Below the pieces are notes generated by a model, which made no database searches, had not been told where the DNA came from, and saw nothing but the letters and a program-made list of their open reading frames with translations. A stretch of DNA of 63,240 bases, counting the filler, from Intoshia linei (Eukaryota > Animalia > Orthonectida), in assembly GCA_001642005.1 (NCBI GenBank). It is 3 parts of 3 records of this genome, joined end to end, with 100 filler letters (N's around TTAATTAATTAA, not from the genome) between each part and the next. Parts side by side here need not be neighbours in the genome. Positions count along the whole stretch, not along the records: positions 38,574 to 63,240 come from LWCA01000526.1; 2 more parts are not named here. One strand, 5' to 3'. Both the position numbers and the translations under genes were made by a program. Positions 50,944-63,240 of this stretch are shown piece after piece (position 1 is the first letter of the stretch; every line of letters starts with the position of its first letter).

Positions 50944-53900
50944 TTACAAGCGTTGATAATACAAAATGTACGCTTCGACATTTAAAACACTTTGTAGGTG
51001 TTCTTTTGTAATATAATTGTCCTCACATCTATACCAATTTTCATTGCATTTTATGTAGCAAATGTAATGTCCATTTGTAGTTTTTGATCCAACATGCATT
51101 GTTACACCATACAATTCGTAACTAAATTAAAAGGTTATTAAAATGTAAATATTGATGAAAAATTAAAAAAAACAAAAAATACAATAAAACCTTGTAATCA
51201 TATTGTTTACACATAGTCTCATCTTATAATGAATAAGATAATTAAAATTACTTTTCTGGAGTAGATTTATCTGGGTCTGCTGCGTTCCAAGATTGTGCAA
51301 TTCTATGAGAGCGATAGGGGCTCATTGATAGTACAGGAGGATATGTTATAACAGTCGAAAGTTTATTCAGTACTCCTCCAACAGAATGAAATCTCTGAAA
51401 AAAATGAATATAAACAAAATAAATAGTGTTTTACCTTGATGTGAAAAGTCAAAATTTTTGGTAATGCGTTCATACTAAGTTGTTTGGTGCATATTTGAGA
51501 AGAATTACACTTGTCACAGAAAATTTTGCCAAAATTGTCTAAATTTTCTCGTTCCGTGAAGCTAAAAATTTTTAGTAAACATTTACATTACATTTATAAA
51601 GTTTAAAATACAAAAACTAAGATTTATCATGGTTTAATTTAAATAAACTTACCATTGTAGACAGTTTTCAATCGTTTTAGGATGATTGCCGGCTAAATTA
51701 AAATATATTTTAAATTTTATTAATATTACATCCAATGTTGAGAGAAATATCCCAAAACGGATCACATGTGGTGGAAATATTTTTACAGTTGGTACATTGC
51801 ACGTCAGATTGTAATCTACCCGAAAATAACTTTTCAACTATTGTCTTGTCTTCTCTAAATTGTGAACCATTGGTTGATTCCGAATGTCTGTGAAGAGAGT
51901 TTAGCATTAACATGAAACATTCGTGAGCATCTTGTTGTTTGTATCCAGTCATGTTCGAGGAGAGGGTCCATAACAGATGCAATATCTTATGTGGTGATAC
52001 TGGTGTTAAATCATTACTTACAATCTAAAATTTAATTTTATTTAAACTTTTAAAAATGTGTCGATACCTTTTGCACAAACACGGAGATTTCACAGACTAG
52101 GCATTGTTTCATTTTTAATTCTGTGCATTGGTGAATGTCTGATAGAAAATAATCACGCAATGGGACAGTATGACATAAACTTTGTAGCACACAACTCATA
52201 AAACACGTATTACCAAGATTGATTATTCCTTTCAATCCTAAATAAATCAGTTTACATTATAATATAATTTAATATATATTTAATAGAATTAGAGACTCGG
52301 TCGTATCAAGATTGAGTGATTCCCAAATTTAAAATTTTTTCATCTTTTAATTAGTGTTATTAGTAATTTAAAAAAATAACGCACAAGACATTGTAGTTTA
52401 ATAGAATTAAAAATACAAATATAGTCTGCGTTAAAAATAAGTAAATAACATTTCAATTTTTAATACTACCATTAATATCATAATGTATAATACCTCACAT
52501 AAGAGATAATAGATAAAAATTCCGCTGAATTTTTTTACTTTCTAATTATTAACTCAATAATACAAGACATGTAAAGTCAACTATATAAGTATTATCGACC
52601 ATATTAATAAAAACATTGCATATGTCATTTAAAGTTTAAAAACTAACCAAAATCGGGTACATCAATAGGTTGAGAATTTTTGATTAAGCATTTAACAGTT
52701 TTAGAATTTGGTGCCCATGGTAACCTTGGAAGAATCATTTGCGGTGTTTTTTGTTCTAAATTTACATGTTACATGTAGTTGAATTGAATTAAATAATAAG
52801 AATTACTTTTATAAGCATTTGATATGAATCTATTATATTTTAAATGAAATTCAATTAAATCATGATAAATGTTTTGTTGGCACATTGTGCAATAGTTGCT
52901 ACCCCCATCCAGGTCAACGGCTAAAATATTAATTATTATTATAGATATAAGCCTCGATTTAATGCAATTAACTAATTACTCATTTTGTAACGAAAAAAAC
53001 TGTTAATGTTAAAAATAAATTTATTGATTATGAATCAAAAAATTGACAAGTCCACTGTGACAAAATATTTAATTATCCAGATTTTAAAAAAGAAATGGAC
53101 TAATAATATATGTATGACGTTTGAAAATGTATACATTTAAAATTTTCGGCCCATCGACAGCGTCATCCGCATTATTTAGCACAATTAAAAGCAAATGATC
53201 GAAATAATTAAATTAACAAAAATACAATTACATTTATTTGATAAATATAAACAATTACATTGTTTAGAATCTAAATTCTAGACTCTAAGAGTTATTTTGT
53301 ATGCATAATTATTATTTATACATTTGTAGCTAGTGTCAAATGTTTATTCGCTATTTTATGCATAAATAATGGGAAACTTGCTAAATATAGCACATGTAAT
53401 TATAAAATTTTAATGTGATGCAACTTTGCTAAATTTGTAATTCGATTTGTTCCAAAAATTTAATTTCATACGACTACACATTTACCAAGGGACAAAATTA
53501 TATTTCTGTATACTAAAATTTATCGAGTAAAACCCATAATTTTTGATATCATGAATTATGAATTGAACGGGATCAGTGTAAAATATTGAGTAAAATAAAT
53601 TACATATAAAGGCATAATTAGTATTGCACATGTGACCGCATTCAAGACAAAAAATGGTAAAGCAATTGGAACAACAGTACAAATCATCATATTTCACTTG
53701 ATTTTTAAGTAAGCATGGTTTACATTCGTTTATTTTAACACTCTAAAAATTGAATATAAATAAAAATAAAAACAATAAAAAAATGTGAAAAAAAGGATTT
53801 TAAAACTTACCGAGTCAATACAAGCAATTGATTTTTGATTACGAATATTTTCAAAAATATCTGCATAAGACATTTTTTTTTTCGAGTTTAATTTTTGAAT

Positions 53901-54008
53901 TTTCAATTTATCAGTCATAAATACAAACTTTCTATAAATATTAATAATGTTTTTGATCACATTTGATCCAGGGCGCAGTGCATGAATATGATAGTTACAG
54001 TCTTTCAT
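50944..54008 (-). CDS. USP22: Ubiquitin-specific protease 22 / nonstop-like
   Basis: N-terminal Cys/His-rich ZnF-UBP exons; [32 protein letters not shown]; [11 protein letters not shown]; [12 protein letters not shown]; NGHYICY..WYRCED..EAYILYY. Confidence 0.9.
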
Positions 54009-54185
54009 TTCTTTATTAATAACGCATTTCAAATAATGAAATGATAAAACTATTACATGCAATATCAACAATTTGTAATTAAAATCTGTAATTATTTCAG
54101 TAGCGTATTGTTTATTTCATTTATATATTGAGTGACTAGAAACGTATATTCATGTTTCTTGACTACAAAATTAAATATCGTTACA

Positions 54186-57100
54186 ATGTTTCGATGTGTT
54201 TTGTTTAATTTAAAAGGTTACCTGACGCATGGATCTGGAATTAAACTATTTTGTAATTCGGGTAATTTATCATTTCATCATATTTGATATTTTTTATACT
54301 TTCAACCACTTGACTACATTGTAAAATTGAATTTTCCATTTAGAAAAATTTAATGGAATTCATTATACCAATATCGCTAGACAGTTTAATACTTCGTCAA
54401 AATTAAAAGATTATTATAAAGTTTTGGGCGTTGATCGTAATGCTTCCTCAAGTGAAATCAAAAAAGCTTATTATAAGGTTTCTTATTTATTTAAAGTTGT
54501 GTATTGTTATTTGCTGGTTTAGCAATTTAAGTGTTATTAATGATTGGAATAAGGCTTAGTCGACATTTAACTATTCTGAGATGATGCGCACATTTAATGT
54601 GTGCGCATCACGGTTCGATTTAATTTATTTACTATTTATAGTTTATGGCATTATCACATGTTTATTACTGTTTTTATCTGAAACAATTTGTTATCATCTT
54701 AATAACAATTACATGTATGTGTAATTACATTGTAATTATTAACTAGGTCAGTGCAAATGTGTAATTGTTCAATTGAAACAATTATCATTAATTTACAAAT
54801 AATTAGTTACAATTATTGCAGATTTAATTGTATTGAATTGTAAAAATCTTATTTTTTTTACAAAATACAATTTTTCACAGATATATAAAAAATAAATCTA
54901 ATTTGTTTGAATTTTAAAAAAAAAATGTTTTGATCGTATTTTGAAGTCATATTTAATTTTTTTATATAAAAATAAATTTAAACTGGATTATTTTCTGAAA
55001 ACTACTAAAAATGGCTATTTTTATCATAATTTTGAAATTTTTTGAAAAAATATAAAAATAAATCCAATATGGATTCATTTTCTAAAAAATTATTAACTAA
55101 AATTATCTTTATGCTCTTCAAACAATCGTTTGAAAAAGGATGCAATTTAATGTGAATTTTACAAAAAATTCATTTAAATTTTAACTTAAAATGGCTGTCA
55201 TTTTTTATTAAATTTTATTACTGATTGGATTTTTGAAATAATAATGTAGCTATCGTCTAGGATTAGGATAATTAACATCTAGAAACTATGTAATAAATAT
55301 TAAAAATTCTCCTATAAAAATAAACAAAAGTTGATCAAAATTTTTTCATACTTTATTTGGATCTCACGGACCCAGGTATATAATTTTTGCCGCAATTGGG
55401 AACCACTGTTTTAATTTATACAGTATTTGTAAAAAATTCCGTTAACGGAATGAGATTAGTTTTACATACATATAGATTCAATTTTTTATAAATTTTAAAA
55501 AAAACTTTTGTCGTCTATTTTGAGTAATGATTGTGACGAGAAAAAAACCGGGACAAAATTACCGGGATATTTAATAATTTCCCGGGATTTAACGATTTCC
55601 CAGGATTTCCCAATAAAAATTGAGATATACCTGTTTTTGATTTATGTTTGTTATTACTATGAAAATATGATTATATTATAAAATTTAGCATTTCAAAAAT
55701 CTAATTTTCCAGCCCTTAATGGAAAAATATCCTTTTTCAACACTTTTTTTAAAAATCTCTTATTCTAACCACAAATTACTAACTTTTAATGCAATTATTC
55801 TTTTTTTCCAATGTTATTTTGAAAAATATGATGAATTGTTACGAACTGGAACGATATCATCAAGATTCTTAAAATAAGAGTAAGCCCCTATGACCGTTCA
55901 ACCTACGTCAACACAAAATGAAAGAAATTTTTTTACTGCTTCTAATTACGTTACAAAACGTAGAACGCGTTTAAAAGACGAATCTATCAATATTATATAT
56001 GTTTTGAAACACTTTTTCAACAATCTAAAATAAATAAATTTTTTTCTAATTAACAAATTTGTAAATTTCAATCTAGATTCGTGTTATTTCATTAATTAAA
56101 TTTCTTTTTGTTCTAAAATTAATTAAGGTGTCTAAAATTTTTAATGCTTCTATATTATATATGATAAAAATTTTTTATTTTTCTCTGGAAATTTTCGGGA
56201 CCACAATAACTAATTTTGAGTTATTGCAAAATTGTTATAAAAATAAATCTAATTTTTGGATTCAGTTTCTAAAAAATTTTGAAAAAGCCATTTTGTTGTA
56301 GTTGGAAATTTTTGGAAGGTAAAAATATATAATAATAATATCCCTATAATATCGTACAAAATATTTTCGCGGTGATTTTAATTAATTATGTGAAAGAACT
56401 TTAGATTTAATTAGAATTTTTAAAAAATCATGATAACAAAGTTTTTTCGTTAATTTTGAGTTATTGTAAAAATTTTTGAAAAAAACCACAAAAATATTGT
56501 AAAAAACGTGACAAACAACTTTTTTTCGTTTATTTTCAGTTTTTGTATAATTTTTATAAAACTGAATCTAATTTGGTTAAAATTATTTTTGGGAACAATG
56601 AAAGTGATTTCTATTGTTCAATGAAAATTATTCGTTTATTACTATTTTATTTATTGTTTTAATTAATTATTAGTTAGCCAAAAAACACCACCCCGACGTC
56701 AACAAAAACGACAAAAGCGCTGCTTCAAAATTCCAACAAGTATCTGAAGCCTACGAAACATTATCAGACCCTCAAAAAAAGCAACAGTTTGATAATTTTG
56801 GATCAACAGACCCAAATGCTTTTAAAAGCGCATACAGTAGAACTAACCAATCTTCAAATGTGGACCCTGAAGAACTATTTCGTCAAATTTTTGGAGATTT
56901 TGGGTCACAATCTTCCCGATCTGGATTTAATCGAGGATTTAATCAGGAGGACATGCGCAGCTCAATTGATTTAAACATTCAAGTTCCATTTGAAGATGCA
57001 GCTTTAGGAACTAAAATGACATTAGATGTTATGATGATGTCTACTTGTCCTAGATGTGACGGTTCTAAAGCTGAACCTGGGACAACTGCCAAACAATGCA

Positions 57101-58120
57101 ATAAGTGTAATGGTTCAGGATATGAAACTATATCAACTGGTCCATTCATGATGAGATCCACTTGTAGATATTGTCACGGACTAGGTTCCATTATTTATAA
57201 ACCATGCATTTCTTGTAAAGGAGTAGGAAAATATCGACAAAAACAGAAGATCAAAGTTGAAATACCACCTGGAATTGAAAACAATCAAACATTGCGTGTA
57301 CCGGTTGGTAGCGACGAAATTTTTTTAACTGTTGAAGTTCTCAATAGTTTATATTATAAAAGAAAGGGATACAATCTTTATAGTGATTTAAAAATTGGTA
57401 TATCTCAAGCTATTCTTGGCGGTCAAGTCAATGTTAAAGGTTTGCACGGAAATATTACCATAAATGTACCTTCCAATACTTCATCTCACGATTTGATTCG
57501 TTGTCACGGTAAAGGAATATCCAAAAATTCTCATTCTAAAGGAGATCATTATTTTAACATTATTATTAAATCACCTAAAAATCTTACAGACCAACAAAAG
57601 CAATGCATCACCCAATTTGCCATTGAAGACGAGTCCGTTAATGGAACAGTTAATGGACTCAAAAATACTGATCAAGGTCTTTTTTATTTTTTAAAAAGTT
57701 TAATAATTTATACTATTGTTCCAATCGTGAATTGAAAGTAAATAAGTTTGATTTAATTGTGCTAAACACATTAAGACTTATTGATCTTAATTTTTCAAAA
57801 TTTGTATTAATATTTCAGTATAATGTACCGACCATTTTATATTCCTTGTGATTTGAATTATCTGTATACAATAATTTAATGTTTACATTTTACATTTTCA
57901 TTGAGCACATTTTTAGTAAATTTAAATTAAATTATTGTAGATGTTAAAATAAATTATGATGAATCGGACATTATCCGGGACGACAAATCACTTGGATTTT
58001 TTGACTCTATAAAGAAAACTTTTTATAATGAAATGGTTCATAATTTTATTGTCAGTTTTTATACATGTTTAATTTTGTTTTAGGTAAAGTACTTGAAAAA
58101 ATGGAAAATAATTTAAAATA
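54186..58120 (+). CDS. DNAJA3: Mitochondrial DnaJ (Tid1); 3' end uncertain by a few nt
   Basis: Transit-like N-terminus; [24 protein letters not shown]; [11 protein letters not shown]; four CxxCxGxG-type repeats; [11 protein letters not shown]; ISQAILGG. Confidence 0.93.
55525..56212 (+). mobile_element. hAT element with a dimerisation-domain remnant, in DNAJA3 intron 2
   Basis: Perfect TSD ATTTTGAG at 55517-55524 and 56213-56220. Imperfect TIR taatgattgtg / cacaataacta. Subterminal CGGGA repeats. Encodes [32 protein letters not shown]. Confidence 0.82.
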
Positions 58121-58135
58121 GTTGTACATTTCAAA

Positions 58136-59892
58136 TTAAATTATTTGCATTTTTGTTTCCATATGTATAATACATTCTGAATTCTCTTGTACAAATTTGC
58201 TTGGAATGTGTTTGCAATTCTTTTGAAATAAACCCTTCTCCTTAATATTGTCGTATATTTGTATAATCATTTCTTTATAATCTTCCCCGTGGTTGACTAT
58301 TAGTAATTGAACAAATTTCTCTTTGTTGATTTTAGGAAACTGTGTATCAGATAAGTTCATATCATGTGCTAATAATACTCCGCTAATTAAAAATGTTTTA
58401 ATGTCTAAATGTTACCTTTTTAAATTTTTAATTTTACATTATTTTACCATGTTTCCAACGAAATTCTGGATTTGAGGTTGTGTATATTTCGGAAAATATG
58501 CGTATTAAATTACGACTCAAAAGACAGAATTTAACACTATGCCGAAAAGCGTCTATTATGAATACTTTTCGAAAAGTCAAGTTTTGCAGTATATTTCGAA
58601 TGTAAATATCGCCATCTCTCGACTGATAAGTTGTGTACATATTTTGTGAATTTTCAATATTAAAGTACCTGAAATTAAAATTAAATGATAATTAAAAGTT
58701 ATTATTAGTATTATAATATGTAAAAATTCAACATATTCAAAACTTTATTAAACGTTATAGGCCGAATTACGCCTTTAGCCCTTCTTGCTAGCATACGGGC
58801 AGTAAATATACTTATACTATACCTTCGATTTGAATTAAAATAAGTGTTTAATTACCTGTTGAACAAGTAACGACGCAAGCGGTTAATGCATATTCCATCA
58901 ATATTCATTACCAAATCAATGTCATTAGCGTATTGTAAACCAAATTTATTCTTCATCATTTCAATGGCCTATATTTTAAAATAAAAATCATATACCGTAT
59001 AATAATAATTAAGTATAATTTATACGCTACAGCTAGTGCTTGCAATTTCTCGAGAATTCTCATTGAATCACATTACTGCTGGAGCTGGTACCAACAAACT
59101 GGTGCCAGCCCTGGTTATAAATAATGGATAATATTTGTTTTGGAAAATTTTCGTATTCACCCTCTAATAAAATTATCTACCCATTCGGTTACCAGTCACC
59201 CCGTGAGAAGCACTGCGCTACAGTATTACTACATGTATATAAAAGTATATACTTTTTCTGGTTTGTTATTGAATATATCCACAATTCCGTACATGTATAG
59301 ACACGCAGATCTGTAATTTGATATTTTGGATTGAATGGTAACCAATGGCCACAATTTTAAATTTATTCTATTGGTGATTTAATGTAAAATGTATAGGTGT
59401 AATGATTCCCATTGATGTTTGAGACATGAATTATAAATAACTTCAAAATTCGTCTTAAAATGTTACATTGATATAAGTGGGTATTCTTGATAAATACAAT
59501 ATTTACTGTCTTCATATTGTCATTTAATTACATTGTATGATGTATACAAATGTATATTAGCAAATAATGGGTCGTAGTAAATATTTAAAAGAGCCATTTT
59601 GAAATTTTGATGTAAATAAAGTTTTGCTTGTAAAACAACGTATATATAGTCTATATATAGGGTGTAAAGTCTTTACGTTTCAATCTGAGGGAACCATTGC
59701 GCTCTGTATAAGTTATTTTATTTATTCAATATTATATATTAATTGTATTTAATAACCAATAAACCTCTTCCAAATGGCATCTATTTCAATTTTCATCAAA
59801 AGGAATAAATTGTAGACATCAATAGGTTCTAAATAAATAATGACACGCTCCAAAATATCGTATGGTAGACGTTGTAAATATGATGATTGCAT
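58136..59892 (-). CDS. F-box domain protein with an unrecognised C-terminal region; exon joining uncertain
   Basis: First exon MQSSYLQRLPYDILERVIIYLEPIDVYNLFLLMK..DAIWKR fits the F-box consensus. Downstream in-frame exons (AIEMMKNKFG.., YFNIENSQ.., GVLLAHDMNLSD..) have GT-AG boundaries. The middle exons were not resolved. Confidence 0.55.
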
Positions 59893-60014
59893 GAAACTTA
59901 GATTAATCTTTTTGGTAAAACAAATATTAATAGCTATGGATTAAATAAATATTTTAACAATTTATTTTCTGAGTAAACTGAAGTTTTACACATTTCTTAA
60001 CTTTATATAAGGTA

Positions 60015-61240
60015 CTAGCTTGGCAGTTTTGTACTACGTACAAACAGCACTTAGCTCTGCCGAGGGCACTTTTTTATTATAACCGAAAAATAAATTCATG
60101 TTGAAAATCTAACTTAAAAATTTTACTATTCACTATTATCAATTCTTTAAAGGAGTGGTTTCCAAATTTTTTTCAGGTGGAACCGTCATATCACATTACT
60201 TTTTACTTTAAAGTGAATTAGCCATCTTAATTTTGCGTATAGAATTTTAAAAACAATTATTATTTTATTTTTTTAATTTATTAGACAAAATGTGTGTATA
60301 ATATTAAAAATAAAGTAAAAACAGTCCAATCCTAAAAATTATCATAAATAGCATAAATTCCAAAAAAATAAAATGATAAAAACCTATTTTGTCATTTTCA
60401 ATGTGATAAATATTAACTGATCATATATATTCAGTAGCAATTTAATAAATACTAAAAAATACCCATTATGTATCAATAATTAACGAAATCACCACTTTAT
60501 AAACATATTTCAGGTGAATTTTACAACCTATTGCTAAAAATTTTAATAAATATAAAAATGAACATAACAAAGTTGTATTACTTTTAGTAATCGTTGTTGT
60601 AGTTTTAATTTAAATTTTAAACAATATGTTTCGAAAATGAAAATTTAAGATTGAAAAATTGCGAAGGAATGAATTATATAGATTTTTACATATAGTTATA
60701 TATTGAATATGTTTAGACGTTTAATGCACAGTTTTTTTGAAATTGTAGGATTAATATTTACATTTTCAATTTTTATTTTAATCGAAATATTAGAAAAATA
60801 TTGGTTGATATATATTAAAATCTATTTTTTACCGGGAATACGTAGATTTTTGGGGTTGAAATCATAATAATTAAAAAAATATATGAATACTATAATGCTT
60901 TTTTTACCGTAAAGGCGTCACTTATTCAAATTCTAGGGCTGTTTTTATAAAAAAAGGGTTAGTTTGAAGTTTTGGCAGTGAAGATGTATTTTTAAATTTA
61001 AATTTATGATAATGTATATGATTTTTAAAATCCGTATCATAGTATATATTTTTTTAAATTCTCGAACTCGTTTCGTTTTCAAAAAAAAACAATGGGCTTT
61101 TTGACCCGTCAGATGTGAGTTTGGAAAGTTGAAATTTATTTTGCTAACAACTCCGGAAAAAACTGTAATTAAAATGTGAACTTTATAAAATTCTAAGACT
61201 GATAGTTATTAAAATAAACGATACCACACACAAAAAATAT
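60015..61240 (-). mobile_element. Helitron-family element, about 1.2 kb
   Basis: CTAG and hairpin 3' end at 60015. The interior matches the copies at 45684, 17627 and 33463; the 5' end is degraded. Confidence 0.72.
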
Positions 61241-61375
61241 TGCAGTGATGCTTTATTTTTAAAACTTGTTTATTTATTTTAGACTTGAAAAATCGTTTGT
61301 ACAAAAATATTTTAAATTAGTCTTGGTTAACTTAGTTAATGAAGTGTAGAATAAAATTATTAATTAAATAAAAAA

Positions 61376-61446
61376 TGCGCCCGCCGGGAATCGAACCCGG
61401 GTCGCTTGCTTGGAAGGCAAGCATTCTACCGCTGAACCACAGGCGC
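61376..61446 (-). tRNA. tRNA-Gly(UCC)
   Basis: GCGCCTG acceptor; anticodon arm CTTGC-CT-TCC-AA-GCAAG; GGTTCGATTCCC; T-run terminator; 71 nt. Confidence 0.95.
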
Positions 61447-61741
61447 TTATTGGTATATAATTTAAATAATATTTTAATTGTAATTGTTCAAAATTAATTT
61501 TTCTCATTCGACTAACCGATGTCTATTTTAATATATTCTGTACATAAACTATGGGTCATCTTCAGGGTGGTACCAGCAATGCGATTTGATAAAACGAAAT
61601 GTTTAATCTGTGTAATAAACATACATGTACCTGTCTAAACATTAAAATATGGTATTTATTATGTTTTAAAGCAAAATTGTATATATTATATAATTATTTA
61701 CATATATTACAGTTAATATATTACATTTATAGTAAACTAAA

Positions 61742-61889
61742 ATGAAACAAAATACTGATTTTGTCCAAGAAACATCTAGTTATGCTTTAGAGTTTCCACC
61801 TACAACTACACTTGTTATGAATCAATCCAGACCCGAGAACTACCTAGTTTTGGGAATTATTGTAACTATGTGTTGTAATGTAGTTTTTG
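61742..61889 (+). CDS. CD225/dispanin family membrane protein, first exon
   Basis: RPENYLVLGIIVTMCCNVVFG followed by a GT donor. This matches the P..YL...I..T.CC....G dispanin motif and the usual intron position. Exon 2 was not found in the window. Confidence 0.65.
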
Positions 61890-62089
61890 GTAGAATATTA
61901 TATAATAGTATTTTAATAAAACCAAAGTTTAAAATTGACATCATAACTTTAAGTTATGATAAATATTCGCATATGCTTATAGCGTACTACGTATGTGTTT
62001 AATTATTTTTTGCTTAAATTTCTATAACATACTTATTGACGTGATTATTATACCAATTTTATTTGATGGTATATGTGTACAATGTAGAT

Positions 62090-63240
62090 TAGGGTGTCAC
62101 ACATATTCACAATTTTAATGTGCTTAGCAATAGTTATATGCTTATACTCATTTATATAATTAATTCGTTAAAAAAAATGGTTTTTATAAACAGATGTCGG
62201 TGCAGGTTTCATTTAAAGTTCCACATTTTTTTGTGGAATTTTATATAAAATAAACATAAGTTTAAAGTATTTTACAAGTTATACATTAATTTTTACCAAT
62301 AGATCTTTAATATATTAAGAGTTTAAATCATTGGCAAATCTAACGAGCATAGCTTTTTATTTTTAATATATGAATTTGGATATTGTCAATCATTTAGACA
62401 TCTACAATACTGTTTTTATGTTAAAAATATTAATATGGATTGCCCGCCCTAGATGGTTAGTGGATATATACTATTGGAATCTGATTTAAATTGAAAATTA
62501 ACAAATTAATATATTTTCGTTTAAAATACTTAGATGAAATTAAAATTAGAAGTTTTAATGTCAATCATAATTAGTTGTTAATACAATTAATCTTAATTTG
62601 TATAAATAATCTCGATAATCTATTTGAATGCACTAAATTGGATCAAGTAGGGCATTATATGAGGATATAAAATTCATAGAAGTACAAAGAAAAGGAATTG
62701 AATCGATAGGTAGCTCTTCCAATAAACCTCATTTGTATAAAAGACCCTTTAAATTAAATAAAACAAAGGAACAACTAAGTCAACAAAATATTTATTTCGA
62801 AGGGCAAAGTGGAAGCTATGGTAAAAATGACTATATATATTTTGATAGAATGATTAGAAATTACTTATTTGAAACATCTCATACATGTATAAATGATTAT
62901 AGTGATGAAAATGTAAAATATTTTAGAATGTGCAATTCTAAAATAGTTTCTAATACAGCAGCTGGTTCTTTTATGAAGTAATTCCATGAAATCATACGTC
63001 GTCGAAGAAAAATACAACGAGAAAGAGATTTTGTTAAATTACGTTTAATTGTTGCCGATATTAGATCTGTTAACATTTATTTTGACGGTAAAAATTCGAT
63101 AAAGAAATATTAACCGTCGTTATAGTGGCTATAGACTCTGGACTACAAGTTGTATTGGTTGATGTCGAAATACCAAACGGAAAAGGTATCACGATTGCCA
63201 ATTCTGTTATTGCTGTTTTAAATGATTGTGGTTTAATTAA
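62090..63240 (+). mobile_element. Degenerate DNA transposon (hAT-related, TAGGGTG terminus), running off the window
   Basis: Terminus tagggtg, also seen at 37983 and 27352. Broken transposase-like frames YFDGK...EILTVVIV...VEIPNGKGITIANSVIAVLNDCGL. Confidence 0.5.

Noticed and set aside
58440-58970. Weak resemblance to the EF-hand C-terminus of LPCAT
   Set aside because: There are no acyltransferase motifs or canonical EF loops, and the upstream exon is an F-box.
59030-59115. In-frame TGA suggesting a selenoprotein or a recoded stop codon
   Set aside because: All three minus-strand frames have stops, the segment abuts a repeat fragment, and no SECIS is evident. TGA is a normal stop in ACLY.

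Overview
Very AT-rich, compact animal genomic scaffold with many 33-50 nt GT-AG introns plus a few kb-scale introns filled with transposable elements. This resembles the orthonectid Intoshia; that is my inference and is not verified. Genes in order: DNAJB11(-); a roughly 20 kb four-domain voltage-gated channel of the Nav2/DSC1 type with a D/E/E/A filter (+); the 3' part of ATP-citrate lyase (-); WDR1/AIP1(-); a truncated penta-EF-hand protein (+); HPRT(-); an unknown first exon (-); IMPA(-); an intron-containing tRNA-Met(CAU); TMEM242-like(+); ECSIT(+); USP22(-); DNAJA3/Tid1(+); an F-box protein (-); tRNA-Gly(UCC); and a CD225/dispanin first exon (+). Mobile DNA: a Merlin element with TSD and an apparent intron, a near-intact Tc3-type DD34E element, many hAT, Tigger-like and piggyBac-like non-autonomous elements, a multi-copy Helitron family, and LINE and gypsy remnants, often nested. 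Most notable observations: the spliced elongator tRNA-Met; the DEEA channel with an extra gating-charge triplet in domain II S4; TMEM242 directly upstream of its partner ECSIT; and convergent genes whose stop codons are only about 15-70 bp apart. Exon structures were read by eye and no database searches were run.
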